NCBI GenBank assembly: GCA_902801685.1
Contig: CADCIZ010000002.1
Coordinates: 1-60,454, forward strand
Length of the DNA: 60,454 nucleotides
Direction: 5' to 3'
Source of the DNA: an uncultured Erysipelotrichaceae bacterium
GTDB taxonomy: Bacteria; Bacillota_I; Bacilli_A; RF39; UBA660
Made by a program: the position numbers and the translations under genes. Positions 18,290-29,128 of the stretch are shown one piece after another. The notes below the pieces were generated by a model, which was not told where the DNA came from, searched no databases, and worked only from the letters and a program-made list of their open reading frames with translations. The stretch's first letter is position 1, and every line of letters begins with the position of its first letter.

Positions 18290-21231
18290 TTAGTCTCCTT
18301 AATATCTTCTAGTTTAACGCTAACAAGTTTACTGATACCTGACTCTTGCATTGTAATTCCATAAAGAACATTAGCAAATTCCATAGTTTTTTTCTTGTGG
18401 GTTATAACTATAAACTGCGTTTTTTCTTTTAATTTTAGCAAGTATTCTCCGAATGCTTCAACATTTACTTCATCAAGCGCAGCTTCTACCTCATCAAGAA
18501 TACAAAAAGGCATACTTCTAGATTTTAATATAGCAAATAATAAAGAGATTGCTGTAAATGTTTTCTCACCACCACTAAGTAAACTAATATTCTTAAGTGT
18601 TTTTCCTGGTGGAGATGCAATAATATCAATACCGGTTTCGAGTAAGTTATCTTTATCAGTTAATTCTAACTTTGCAGTTCCACCTCTAAATAATTCTTTA
18701 AACGTTTCTTCAAAGTTTTTACTAATAATATTAAATGTATCTAAGAACTCTTTTTCCATGATTTTATCCATATCTTCAATTATAGTAAGAAGTGTATTTT
18801 CCGCATTAACTAAATCATTTTGTTGATTAATTAAGAATTCATACCTTTCACTAATTCTATCATATTCTTCAATAGCGCCTAAATTAATTACACCTAGTGC
18901 TTTAATTTTTCTCTTTAGACTATTTGCTTTTGTTCTAGCACTACTCTCATCTTCGTCTAAAATATAAATGCTTTTTGCTTTTTCATACGTAATTGTATAT
19001 TCTTCATTTAAAGTATTAAGTAAATTATCTAGTTTTACATCTGCTCTATTTACTTCAATTTCTAAGTTTTTTAGTTCTTCACTCTTTAGAGCATATGTAC
19101 TATTTTCTTTCTTAATAGAATATTCATAATTATCTAGAGTATCTTGTAATTCTTTTTTCTCATTATTTAAGATATCTATTTTACTTATTATCTCATCCTT
19201 AGTATTAACTGCTTTATAGTATTCATTTATAATCTCTTCTTCTTCAACAGATAAGGAATCATTTATTATATTATTAGTACCAACAAGTTCATTTTTAATC
19301 TTATCTAATTTTTCATTTAAATTATTAACTTGAATCTTCTTAGAATTAATCTCATCAGTTATAACTATCTTATCTTTGTTAATTAGATATAATTTATCTT
19401 CTATTGCTTGGATAGACGCATCAATAGTATTAATTTCGTTTTCTATATTCTTAATACTATTAACAACACCATTTTCTTCTTTAATCTTACTTTCTAGTTC
19501 ATACTTATCTAGTATAACATTTCTGATTTTTATATTACCACCAGTAAGAGAACCACCAATATTTATAACATCACCATCAAGAGTAACTATTCTATTAGAA
19601 AAATGTATTTTTTTACTTAATGAATTTGCAACATCTATATTATTAACTACAATAATATTACCAAGTAAATTCTTAATAATATTAGTATATTTAGGATTGT
19701 ATTTAACAAGATCTGATGCAATACCAATAAATCCATCTACTTTTATTGAATTTAATGCATTATCGTTAATATACTTTTCTTTAATATTGTTAAGTGGTAA
19801 GAATGTCGCACGCCCTATTTTATTTTCTTTTAAATAATTAATTGCTTCTTTAGCAGAAATCTCATTATCGACAATGATAGAGGAAGTACTAGTAGATAGA
19901 GCAATGCTTATTGCTTTAGAATACTTCTCTTCTACCTCAATAATATTACCTACAGTATCATGAATACCCCTAAGCTTAGGATTATTAAGTACACTTTTAA
20001 CAGCATAAGGCATACTAGAATTATTATCAATATTATTTCTTAATACTTCTATTTCACCTTTTAATTTATTATCTAATTTAACATAGCTATTTAAATCACT
20101 AATTAACTTATTCTTATTAGTTTTAACTTTATCATACTCATCATTCTCTATTTTTATTTTTTCATTAATTTTATTATAATTAGCAACTTTAATTTCAATA
20201 TCTCTTAAAATGCTATTTATATCATTTTTAATACTTGCTTCTTCTTCTTTTAAAGCTATTATATTATTATGTAATTTAACATTATCTACTTGATATTTCT
20301 TTCTTTCTAGAAGAATATTTTTCTTACTGTTAATCTTTTCTACCTCTTCAGTTATAGCAAGTAATTTATTATTTAATTCTTTAATCTCGCTATCTTTTTT
20401 ATTAATCTTAACCTTTATATCAAGTGTTTTAGCCTCTACTTTAGAATTAGAAGTTGCAATAGATGTAATCTCTTCTTTTAATTTTTCTATTTTATCTTTA
20501 TTTTCTTGATATACATCATTAATATTAGTAATATCTAGTACAGCTAAAGATATTTCTAATCTTTTTAAGTTTTCAGATAAATCTTGATATTCTAATGCAC
20601 GCTCTTTTTGTTCTTTTAATGGTTCTACTTGTACTTCTAACTCACTTATAATATCATTAATTCTATCCATATTAGCATGAGTTCTATCAAGCTTTCTAAA
20701 TGCTTCTTCTTTACGTTTACGATATTTAACTATTCCTGCAGCTTCTTCAAATATAACTCGTCTAGATTCTGGTTTACTAGATAGTATTTCTTCAATTTTA
20801 CCTTGCGAAATTATATTAAAACTTTCTTTTGCAATTCCACTATCCATAAGTATTTCTGTAATATCTTTAAGTCTTACTTTTTCACCATTAAGAAAGTATT
20901 CATTAGTACCATCTTTATATAGTCTTCTTTTAATCGATACTTCATCAAAACTAAGTGGTAGATAATTATCAGTATTATCAAATATTAAAGTAACACTTGC
21001 CACATTCATACCATTACGACTTTTAGATCCAGCAAATATTACATCAGTCATCGAATCTCCTCTTAAAGATTTTACTGACTGTTCACCTAGCACCCAACGT
21101 ACAGCATCAACAATATTACTCTTCCCACTACCATTAGGTCCAACTACACCAGAAATATCATTATTAAAATCTATTACTATATTATCTGCAAATGATTTAA
21201 AACCGTGCGCGATTAATTTCTTTAAATACAT
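18286..21231 (-). CDS. smc: Chromosome segregation protein SMC (981 aa, short arms)
   Basis: GFKSF, GPNGSGKSN, hinge GRATFLPL, LSGGEK, LDEVEAALD. Confidence 0.95.
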   Translation of the reverse strand: MYLKKLIAHGFKSFADNIVIDFNNDISGVVGPNGSGKSNIVDAVRWVLGEQSVKSLRGDSMTDVIFAGSKSRNGMNVASVTLIFDNTDNYLPLSFDEVSIKRRLYKDGTNEYFLNGEKVRLKDITEILMDSGIAKESFNIISQGKIEEILSSKPESRRVIFEEAAGIVKYRKRKEEAFRKLDRTHANMDRINDIISELEVQVEPLKEQKERALEYQDLSENLKRLEISLAVLDITNINDVYQENKDKIEKLKEEITSIATSNSKVEAKTLDIKVKINKKDSEIKELNNKLLAITEEVEKINSKKNILLERKKYQVDNVKLHNNIIALKEEEASIKNDINSILRDIEIKVANYNKINEKIKIENDEYDKVKTNKNKLISDLNSYVKLDNKLKGEIEVLRNNIDNNSSMPYAVKSVLNNPKLRGIHDTVGNIIEVEEKYSKAISIALSTSTSSIIVDNEISAKEAINYLKENKIGRATFLPLNNIKEKYINDNALNSIKVDGFIGIASDLVKYNPKYTNIIKNLLGNIIVVNNIDVANSLSKKIHFSNRIVTLDGDVINIGGSLTGGNIKIRNVILDKYELESKIKEENGVVNSIKNIENEINTIDASIQAIEDKLYLINKDKIVITDEINSKKIQVNNLNEKLDKIKNELVGTNNIINDSLSVEEEEIINEYYKAVNTKDEIISKIDILNNEKKELQDTLDNYEYSIKKENSTYALKSEELKNLEIEVNRADVKLDNLLNTLNEEYTITYEKAKSIYILDEDESSARTKANSLKRKIKALGVINLGAIEEYDRISERYEFLINQQNDLVNAENTLLTIIEDMDKIMEKEFLDTFNIISKNFEETFKELFRGGTAKLELTDKDNLLETGIDIIASPPGKTLKNISLLSGGEKTFTAISLLFAILKSRSMPFCILDEVEAALDEVNVEAFGEYLLKLKEKTQFIVITHKKKTMEFANVLYGITMQESGISKLVSVKLEDIKETK

Positions 21232-21339
21232 CTTAGTACTTCCCTTCTACATTCATACTTAACTATTATAACAAAATTGAATAAGAAAAACAATTAATTT
21301 TCAAGGTAAAATAAAACAATTCGTATGATTACAAATTGT

Positions 21340-22035
21340 TTATTTATCATCTTTTTTCTTTATTTTTTGTTTCACACCATCTGTACTATTCTGATAATCA
21401 CTAAGATTGATAACTGGCTGATTAACTATAATATTCTTATCTGATTTAGTGATTAATTTTGTTAGATATAAAGCAAACTTTTTCCTTGATATAGGCATAA
21501 TCATTTTAGAACTATATGCTTTTTTATTTGCATATTGATGTTCTTTTTTACTTATATTAACAAGTGGAATAATACCATCTAATTCAGTATTATTATCTAA
21601 TTGCTCAATAAACTCATCCATTTTCTTTAATCTAACATCTGCAAGTTCAATATTGTGCTTATCTTCATCAGGTAAATCAAACCCTAGTTCAGTAATTATC
21701 TCACTAACACCAGCATTAATATTAATGTTTTCATAAATATCATAATACTTAAATACTTTCTTTACTGCATGATATTTCTTACCTACTACAACATCATAAT
21801 TATAAATAACTAAATGATTATTAATAACCTGATATCCTAAAGTATCACAAAATGGATCAAGTTCTATTCTGTCAATAAAATATACTTCATCATCTGTTAC
21901 ATTGTAAAAGTCAGAATAATATCTTTCTTCCTTTTTATGCTTAGTATCTAATGTTTCTTTAATATTTAAAACTTGTATTGTACAATTTTCTTTGTATGGA
22001 ATCGATGATGTTCCAATTAATTTTTCTTCTTTCAT
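21340..22035 (-). CDS. Hypothetical protein
   Basis: 231-aa ORF directly after the glycosyltransferase gene. Confidence 0.65.
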   Translation of the reverse strand: MKEEKLIGTSSIPYKENCTIQVLNIKETLDTKHKKEERYYSDFYNVTDDEVYFIDRIELDPFCDTLGYQVINNHLVIYNYDVVVGKKYHAVKKVFKYYDIYENININAGVSEIITELGFDLPDEDKHNIELADVRLKKMDEFIEQLDNNTELDGIIPLVNISKKEHQYANKKAYSSKMIMPISRKKFALYLTKLITKSDKNIIVNQPVINLSDYQNSTDGVKQKIKKKDDK

Positions 22036-22042
22036 ATTATCA

Positions 22043-23065
22043 CTATTTTTCTTCTAATACTTCCTTATATACGCTTACTAGTTCTTTTCCTACTTTTTTA
22101 ATATCATGATCAAGTGCGACTTGATATCCTGCTTCAGTTAAATCTGGAAGTTTCCCTTCTAAAACATCTACTATTTTTTCTTCAAAATCATCAATATCTT
22201 TAGCCTTATAAACATTTACTCCATCTTCTAACCAATCTTCAAAGACGCCAATATCACGAATAACTGCTTTTGCTTTCATACTACAAGCCTCAAGTATTGG
22301 AATGCCTTCAGTCTCTTCTAAAGTTGGGAATATAAATAGGTCACATCCACTATATGCACCTATCAATTCCTCTGGCTCAACATAACCTGGAAATGTTAGA
22401 TTATCAAGTTCTGTATTTACTGCTTTTCTAACTTTCGCAGGAGATGCAGCAAGTGGAGAATGTCCAAACCATATAAACTTATATTCTGGAAGTCTCTTTG
22501 CAAGTTCTACAAAGTCTAAAATTCCTTTCCGTTCAATATATAAACCGACGCCTATTATAACTCTTTCACCATCATTTATGCAATACTTTTTTCTAAATTT
22601 CTTACCTAATTCTTCATTTCTTGTGAAAAATTTAGTGTCAACACCATTACTTATAGCTGTAATTGGAACATCTATCCCGTATCCTTCTAATAATCTTTTA
22701 GAATATGGTGTTGGCGTAAGTATTCTGTCTCCTAGTGAATAACAGGTAATTAGCCATTGTTTAAAAGGAACAGAGACTAAATTAGATCCAATAAATGAAT
22801 TCCTAAAATCTTCTTCTGTTGAGTGAGCGTGGTAAATAATTTTTTTACCTTCTTTCTTTGCTTTCTTGGCAAACAAATAAGACTTTGGTCCATAAAAATT
22901 TATATGTAAAATATCATAGTCATCTTCTAGATTTGTTGTGTAATCAATTTTATTTTCTTCTAAGGCACGCATTTGGTGCTTTATTGCTTTACCCAAACCT
23001 GACTTAGAAATTGTTTTTAATCCTTCTGTATATAATAATACTCTCAATTTAATCACCATATACAT
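22043..23065 (-). CDS. GT4 glycosyltransferase (glycolipid synthase, CpoA-like)
   Basis: HAHSTEEDFRNSF, ISNGVD, RKG, EETEGIPILEA. Confidence 0.88.
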   Translation of the reverse strand: MYMVIKLRVLLYTEGLKTISKSGLGKAIKHQMRALEENKIDYTTNLEDDYDILHINFYGPKSYLFAKKAKKEGKKIIYHAHSTEEDFRNSFIGSNLVSVPFKQWLITCYSLGDRILTPTPYSKRLLEGYGIDVPITAISNGVDTKFFTRNEELGKKFRKKYCINDGERVIIGVGLYIERKGILDFVELAKRLPEYKFIWFGHSPLAASPAKVRKAVNTELDNLTFPGYVEPEELIGAYSGCDLFIFPTLEETEGIPILEACSMKAKAVIRDIGVFEDWLEDGVNVYKAKDIDDFEEKIVDVLEGKLPDLTEAGYQVALDHDIKKVGKELVSVYKEVLEEK

Positions 23066-23087
23066 TGTATCATGTTTAGATTTTTTT

Positions 23088-23318
23088 TTAAAGATGCATA
23101 TTTACAAGTATTACATCTTCCCCTATTTTTTCTATTTGATTCCATTTAACAATAAACTCGCCACTACTTGAAAATCTGGAGATAAAAAATTTTGTTTTTT
23201 CTACTATTAACCCTGATGAATAGCCATCGGAATTAATATCTATATCTATAATATTACCTATCATTTTTCCATCATTTATATTTACTATGTTTTTATTTTG
23301 TAACTCTGATAAACGCAT
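23088..23318 (-). CDS. ylmC: YlmC/YmxH family PRC-barrel sporulation protein
   Basis: MRLSELQNKNIVNINDG..G.IIDIDI..WNQIEKIGEDVILV. Confidence 0.88.
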   Translation of the reverse strand: MRLSELQNKNIVNINDGKMIGNIIDIDINSDGYSSGLIVEKTKFFISRFSSSGEFIVKWNQIEKIGEDVILVNMHL

Positions 23319-23342
23319 AATACCACCTATTTAAATATATGC

Positions 23343-23455
23343 AAAATAAAAGAGGATATAAATACCCTCTACCAATTCAAGAGATTACTAAAATAGAATT
23401 GGTTTGCGCATTGATGATTACTATTAAATGCGCAGTACTCACATATCTTGAGTAC
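23343..23455 (-). ncRNA. Putative sRNA of about 110 nt: three hairpins plus terminator
   Basis: Abutting stems GTACTCA/TGAGTAC, TGCGCATT/AATGCGCA, ACCAATTC/GAATTGGT, then AGAGGGTAT/ATATCCTCT and a T-rich tail. Confidence 0.7.
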
Positions 23456-23461
23456 AAATAC

Positions 23462-23490
23462 ATGATAACATAATCAAGTGGTGATTGCAA
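23462..23490 (-). promoter_or_regulatory. sigmaA-type promoter of the putative sRNA
   Basis: Minus strand TTGCAA-17 nt-TATCAT with extended TG. Confidence 0.65.
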
Positions 23491-23540
23491 CTAGTTTTCG
23501 AAAATATTTCAATTAACTTTTATTTTCAAATATACAAAGG

Positions 23541-24332
23541 TTACATTTTTCTTAATATATCTAATCCATGTCCTGAGGCACCAAGGATATCTAATCTTTC
23601 GCAAATAGATAAATGATACTCAATATATTTATTAAAAGTAACCTCATCCATCTTATTAATTATAGGTCTAATATAGTTAGTAGGTCCATCTGGCGTAATT
23701 ATTTTAATTCTTTCCAATTTTACTTCATCATTATATTTATTAATATCTTCTAACCTTACATAACTATATAAATCAGTCTCTTTTGGAGTAATATGAAATG
23801 TATCATCTACTAAATTATTATTAATTGAATCTATTATTTTATTTTCTTTAAATCCATGGGTAAGTACTGCATATTCATTCATAATATAAGCAACCATAAT
23901 AATACCATTTTCTCTAGTTACTCTTTTAGCCTCACTTAATGCTTTTATTTTATCTCTATCACTAATTAAATGATACATCGGTCCAAATAGTAATACTAAA
24001 TCAAATGTATTATCACTAAATCTAGATAAATCAATTGCATTGCCTTGATAGGCACATACATTATCACTCCTAGATTCAATATATCTTAAATTATGTTTAA
24101 CAAGTTCAACAGCAGTAACATCATATCCATCTTCAGATAGAGGTATACAGTAAGCACCAGTACCTGCTCCAATATCTAGTATTTTAGGATTATCAAATTC
24201 TTTTAAATACTCTTTAATATACTTCATAGTTGTAATATATTCTACGTATCCACCACGAGAGTTAAACCTTTTATCTTCATTAAATTTATTATAATATTTA
24301 ACTAAATTTTCTTCATTCATATTATCCCTCAA
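23541..24332 (-). CDS. Class I SAM-dependent methyltransferase
   Basis: ILDIGAGTG, VTAVEL, FDLVLLFGPMYHL. Confidence 0.9.
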   Translation of the reverse strand: MRDNMNEENLVKYYNKFNEDKRFNSRGGYVEYITTMKYIKEYLKEFDNPKILDIGAGTGAYCIPLSEDGYDVTAVELVKHNLRYIESRSDNVCAYQGNAIDLSRFSDNTFDLVLLFGPMYHLISDRDKIKALSEAKRVTRENGIIMVAYIMNEYAVLTHGFKENKIIDSINNNLVDDTFHITPKETDLYSYVRLEDINKYNDEVKLERIKIITPDGPTNYIRPIINKMDEVTFNKYIEYHLSICERLDILGASGHGLDILRKM

Positions 24333-24373
24333 ATAAATAATAAACTATTTTTTTAAGTTATACAACAAATTAA

Positions 24374-24402
24374 GTATATTTTTTTAAATATTTGCCATAA
24401 CA
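24374..24402 (+). promoter_or_regulatory. Possible sigmaF/sigmaG-type promoter of sigG
   Basis: GTATA-15 nt-GCCATAACA resembles the forespore-sigma consensus. Confidence 0.4.
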
Positions 24403-24420
24403 TATGTGAAAGGAGAAATT

Positions 24421-25206
24421 ATGGCACGTCATAAAGTAGAGATTTGTGGCGTGAATACTGCGAATATTCAAGTATTATCTAATGAAGAGATGTTAGATTT
24501 GTTTAATAAGTATAAAAATGGTGATGATAAGGCAAGAGAATTACTTATAAATGGTAATTTAAAACTAGTACTCAGTATTTTAAAGAAGTATAATAATAGA
24601 ACTGATAATATGGATGATTTATTTCAAATAGGTTGTATTGGACTTATTAAAGCAATCGAAAATTTTGATTTAAATCATGAAGTGAAATTCTCAACTTATG
24701 CAGTACCTATGATATTAGGTGAGATTAAAAGATACTTAAGAGATAATAATAGTGTTAGGATTGCTAGAAGTATTAAAGATATTTCATTTAAGGCACTTAG
24801 AGTAAAAGAGGAACTTACTAATAAAAATAATAAAGAACCTAGTATTAAAGAGATTGCAGATATTCTTAATTTAAATGAATTTGAAGTAAGTAATGCTCTT
24901 GATAGCATGCGAGATACTGTTAGTATGTTTGAACCAATTTATAGCGATTCTGGAGATACCATTTACTTATCTGATCAATTAGAAGATAAGAAAAGTAATA
25001 TGCATAATATTGATGAAAAAATAGCTTTGAAAGACGCTATTAATAATCTTAAAAATAGAGAAAAATATATTATTGAGCAAAGATATATGATAGGTAAAAC
25101 ACAGATGGAAATAGCAAGTGAATTAGGAATATCTCAAGCACAAATATCACGTATTGAAAAAAGTGGTTTAGATAATATAAAAAAGAATATGGATATACAT
25201 AAATGA
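24421..25206 (+). CDS. sigG: Sporulation sigma factor SigG
   Basis: KVEICGVNT N-terminal signature; DDLFQIGCIGLIKAI, FSTYAVPMILGEIKRYLRD, GKTQMEIASELGISQAQISR. Confidence 0.93.
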   Translation: MARHKVEICGVNTANIQVLSNEEMLDLFNKYKNGDDKARELLINGNLKLVLSILKKYNNRTDNMDDLFQIGCIGLIKAIENFDLNHEVKFSTYAVPMILGEIKRYLRDNNSVRIARSIKDISFKALRVKEELTNKNNKEPSIKEIADILNLNEFEVSNALDSMRDTVSMFEPIYSDSGDTIYLSDQLEDKKSNMHNIDEKIALKDAINNLKNREKYIIEQRYMIGKTQMEIASELGISQAQISRIEKSGLDNIKKNMDIHK

Positions 25207-25237
25207 AATAGAGTAACGCTAAAATAATAGTGTTGCT

Positions 25238-26434
25238 CTATTTGTCTAATAACCAATCTAATGTATTTTTTACAATTATTCCTTCTTCATTAGATGTCGG
25301 CATTTTATCTAATGTTAAAATTATTTTTTCATAATTATCATTTATTTTTCTAAGAGAGTTTAGTTCTCTTTGCAAAGTATTATTGGTATTATCTTTTAAT
25401 GTTTCACATACTTGAACATATATTTTTCCGGTATCTTTTATTGCAACAAAATCAACTTCTAAATCATCCATTTTACCAACGTAAACATCATATCCCCTTC
25501 TTTTTAGTTCCAGATAAATAACATTTTCTAAAATATAGCCTCTATCTCCTATTTTACGTCCTAATATAAAATATCTTAATCCTAAATCAGATACATAATA
25601 TTTATCAATTGTTTTTAAGTATTGTTTTCCTTTAATATCATATCTTGATGCTTTGTATAAAAGAAATGCCTCAGTAAATGCTTCTAAATACTTTTCTACA
25701 GTTTTTACATTAATTGGTCTTCCATTACTCGTCATTGTATTGGCTATATTATTACTAGAGACAAGATTACTAATATTATCTAATGCAAACGTAGCCACAC
25801 TTTTAAGCATTGCCTCATCGCTTATTCCTTTTCGAGTCATAATATCTTTTATAATTAAATCATTATAAAGATTGCTTATATATAAAGAAGCATCATCCTC
25901 GTTATCAAAATTAAGTATATATGGAAAAGAACCAAACGAAATATATTTTTTATACAATTCTTCACTATCTTCAATATTAGTAGCGCTTTTATATTCCTTA
26001 AAAGATAATGGTAACATTTTAACTTCTATATATCTTCCAGATAATAGAGTTGCAAGTTCACTAGATAATAAATTTGCATTAGAACCTGTTATATATATAT
26101 CTACATTTTTATTTAAATATATACTATCAACAGCCTTTTCAAAATACTTTATTATTTGTACTTCATCTATAAATAAGTAATTTTTCTTATCACTCTTTAA
26201 ATTATCATTTATATAATTATATAAATCCATGTAATTCTCTATAAAACTATATTTTAAATCTTCTAAATTAATACTTATTATCTGACTATTATCTACTCCA
26301 TTTTCAAGTAAATACTCTTTATAGATTTCAAATAAAGTACTTTTACCACACCATTTAATTCCAGTTATAACTTTTATTAAATCTTTATCTTTAAATCTTT
26401 TTAAAACATCTAAATATTCATTTCTTTCTATCAT
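25238..26434 (-). CDS. AAA_14 / DUF4143-type ATP-binding protein
   Basis: ITGIKWCGKST, FIDEVQ, ITGSNA, LSGRY, ENVIYLEL, EVDFV; start moved to MIER at 26434. Confidence 0.85.
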   Translation of the reverse strand: MIERNEYLDVLKRFKDKDLIKVITGIKWCGKSTLFEIYKEYLLENGVDNSQIISINLEDLKYSFIENYMDLYNYINDNLKSDKKNYLFIDEVQIIKYFEKAVDSIYLNKNVDIYITGSNANLLSSELATLLSGRYIEVKMLPLSFKEYKSATNIEDSEELYKKYISFGSFPYILNFDNEDDASLYISNLYNDLIIKDIMTRKGISDEAMLKSVATFALDNISNLVSSNNIANTMTSNGRPINVKTVEKYLEAFTEAFLLYKASRYDIKGKQYLKTIDKYYVSDLGLRYFILGRKIGDRGYILENVIYLELKRRGYDVYVGKMDDLEVDFVAIKDTGKIYVQVCETLKDNTNNTLQRELNSLRKINDNYEKIILTLDKMPTSNEEGIIVKNTLDWLLDK

Positions 26435-26579
26435 ATTAATCTTCCTTTCACTATTATTATAATGAATAATTTCATTAAACCTAAGTTTTTGTATTACCAA
26501 TACCAAAACTTTATAATTTTATATATTTTTGGTATTAGCAACTGGAATTAAGATTAAAAAGAAAAAGTCATAAAGACTT

Positions 26580-27734
26580 TTAAAAACTACCACGTTTTCT
26601 TAAGAATGAAGGAATGATATCATCATCGTCATCATCATCTGAATCATCGATTACGTTGTTTGTTGTAAAAGATGGAATAGTTTGCCTTGCAGTTTCTCTT
26701 GATTGTGTTGCTGGTTGTTCTTTTGGAGCATCAACTTTAACAGATGCTTGATTATTAGCTGAATAAGAATGATATAAAGGTTCTCTATTATCTTCAAATC
26801 CAGTAGCAATTACAGTAACGATAATTTCATCATTTAAATTCTCATTTATCACTGCACCAAATATTGTATTAATATCTGTATTGGCACTACTTCTAATTAC
26901 TTCTGCAGCTTCTTCTACTTCAAATAAAGTAAGATTATTACCACCTGTAACATTGATAATTGCATCAGTAGCCCCACTAATACTAGTTTCAAGTAGAGGG
27001 GATGCAACAGCCTGTCTTGCTGCTTCTGTTGCTCTATTTTCACCAACACCAATACCAATACCAATTAAAGCACTACCACGGTTTTCCATAACAGTCTTAA
27101 CATCAGCAAAGTCTAGGTTGATTAATCCTGCAACAGCAATTAAATCTGATATAGATTGTACACCACGACGAAGTACATTATCAACTTCTTTAAATGATTC
27201 AAGTAAAGGTGTAGATTTATCAATAATCTCTCTTAACTTATCATTTGGAATAACAATTAGTGTATCTACATTCTTCTTAAGTTCTTCAATACCTACTAAT
27301 GCTTGTTCCATACGTCTTTTACCTTCAAACGAGAAAGGCTTAGTAACAATACCTACAGTAAGTGCACCTAAATCTTGAGCAATTTGAGCAATTACAGGAG
27401 CAGCTCCAGTACCAGTACCACCACCCATTCCACATGTGATAAATACCATATCCGCACCACGAAGTGCCTCCTCAATTTCTTTTTTACTCTCTAGGGCAGC
27501 TTCTCTTCCTATTTCAGGTTTAGCCCCTGCTCCACGACCACCAGTAAGTGATTGTCCAATTTGTATTTTGTTTGGAGCCTTAGAACAATTTAATACTTGC
27601 AAGTCAGTATTTGCAACTATAAACTCTACTCCCTTAACTCCAGTTTCTATCATTCGGTTAACAGCATTTCCACCGCCACCACCGATTCCTATTACCTTAA
27701 TTTTTGCAATTTGATCCATTTCTAATCCAAACAT
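26580..27734 (-). CDS. ftsZ: Cell division protein FtsZ
   Basis: [29 protein letters not shown] tail. Confidence 0.98.
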   Translation of the reverse strand: MFGLEMDQIAKIKVIGIGGGGGNAVNRMIETGVKGVEFIVANTDLQVLNCSKAPNKIQIGQSLTGGRGAGAKPEIGREAALESKKEIEEALRGADMVFITCGMGGGTGTGAAPVIAQIAQDLGALTVGIVTKPFSFEGKRRMEQALVGIEELKKNVDTLIVIPNDKLREIIDKSTPLLESFKEVDNVLRRGVQSISDLIAVAGLINLDFADVKTVMENRGSALIGIGIGVGENRATEAARQAVASPLLETSISGATDAIINVTGGNNLTLFEVEEAAEVIRSSANTDINTIFGAVINENLNDEIIVTVIATGFEDNREPLYHSYSANNQASVKVDAPKEQPATQSRETARQTIPSFTTNNVIDDSDDDDDDDIIPSFLRKRGSF

Positions 27735-27748
27735 ATAACTAATCCTTT

Positions 27749-28972
27749 CTAATCGTTAAAGAAATATCCAAATATTTTTCCTAATGTTGAATCTGGCGCA
27801 TCAGAAATACCCTTAGTATCCTCACCATCATCTATCATTGTATAATTTTGTCCCTTTAATTTAAGTTTACTTATAAAATAAACTATGTTTCCTACTACAG
27901 ATGAGTATTTATTATTTCTTACTCCTACCATCTTCATAGAACCTATATTTATATTTTCTCCAAATATGTCATAAGATGCATACTCAAATGCTGCTATGTT
28001 TGACATACCTCCTGTAATAATAATATAATCAATTCTTTTACTTGTCAAGGTATTTAACTCATTTTTAGACAAATTAAGTATATCCTTGATACTATTTTCC
28101 ACTACTTCACTAAGTTCATATTGATTAATTTTAATATTGTTTCCAGTATTATCCATAACCTCAATAAAATCATTAGATCTAGCATGTTTTTTAGCAGCTA
28201 ATGCATATTTATGTTTAATCTTTTTAGCAACTCCTACATCTATGTTAAAATAATTAGCAATTGCCTCATCTACTCTTTTACCACCTGAGTTTAATATAGT
28301 ACTTTTAACAATAACACTCCTATTATATATCGAAATACTAGTAGTATCACTACCAATATTTATAATAGCAGATACCTTATCTTCAAAGTTTTTATTCTTA
28401 AATGAATACATATCACCAATATTATTAATAGAAATATCTACAACCTCAATACCAAGTTTCTCAAGAAGTCCTAATACCGAATAAACATTCTTCTTAGGTA
28501 CAGTTACAACAACAGCCCTAGTAGATAACTTACTACCCCTAAGACCTACTGGATCTTTAATAGACATCTCATCATTAACTTTAAAATCAATAGGCAATAC
28601 AGTTACCATCTCTCTACCTTCTATTTTCTTAGTACTAATGGCAACCTCTAAAGATTTCATTACCTCACGACTAGTAATAGTATTATTAGTATCTATTTCA
28701 ATAGAACCTTTAATAATATTATACTCAGCAAGATAACTAGGAACACTAGCAATTACCTTATCAACCTTAAAACCAACCATATCAGATATATCTAAAAATG
28801 CTTTATTAATACATGCTGCAGCCAGATCTACATCAGTAATTAACCCCCTCTTAATACCTTTAGACTTACAACTAGTAGCCGCAAGTAAATTAAGTTTATT
28901 CTGATATAACTCACATACCGCAATCTTAATAGAATCAGAACCAATATCTAAACTAGTATAAATATGCTTCAT
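27749..28972 (-). CDS. ftsA: Cell division protein FtsA
   Basis: [24 protein letters not shown]; directly upstream of ftsZ. Confidence 0.9.
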   Translation of the reverse strand: MKHIYTSLDIGSDSIKIAVCELYQNKLNLLAATSCKSKGIKRGLITDVDLAAACINKAFLDISDMVGFKVDKVIASVPSYLAEYNIIKGSIEIDTNNTITSREVMKSLEVAISTKKIEGREMVTVLPIDFKVNDEMSIKDPVGLRGSKLSTRAVVVTVPKKNVYSVLGLLEKLGIEVVDISINNIGDMYSFKNKNFEDKVSAIINIGSDTTSISIYNRSVIVKSTILNSGGKRVDEAIANYFNIDVGVAKKIKHKYALAAKKHARSNDFIEVMDNTGNNIKINQYELSEVVENSIKDILNLSKNELNTLTSKRIDYIIITGGMSNIAAFEYASYDIFGENINIGSMKMVGVRNNKYSSVVGNIVYFISKLKLKGQNYTMIDDGEDTKGISDAPDSTLGKIFGYFFND

Positions 28973-29128
28973 TTATTCATCTCCTACACTACTTTAACCA
29001 TTATACAATATTTTTTAAGAAATGTAAAAGAAAAATTAGCCATTTTGACCAATTTCCACTAATTCCCTATAAATTTTTTATCTCACCAGTAGATAATTAA
29101 GTGATATAGGCGCTAAAACATACTATTA

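Noticed and set aside
29030-29128. Direct repeat of the divIB 3' end or a silent pilin cassette after the pilin gene
   Set aside because: Only about 9/10 nt similarity and no open frame; too weak to support
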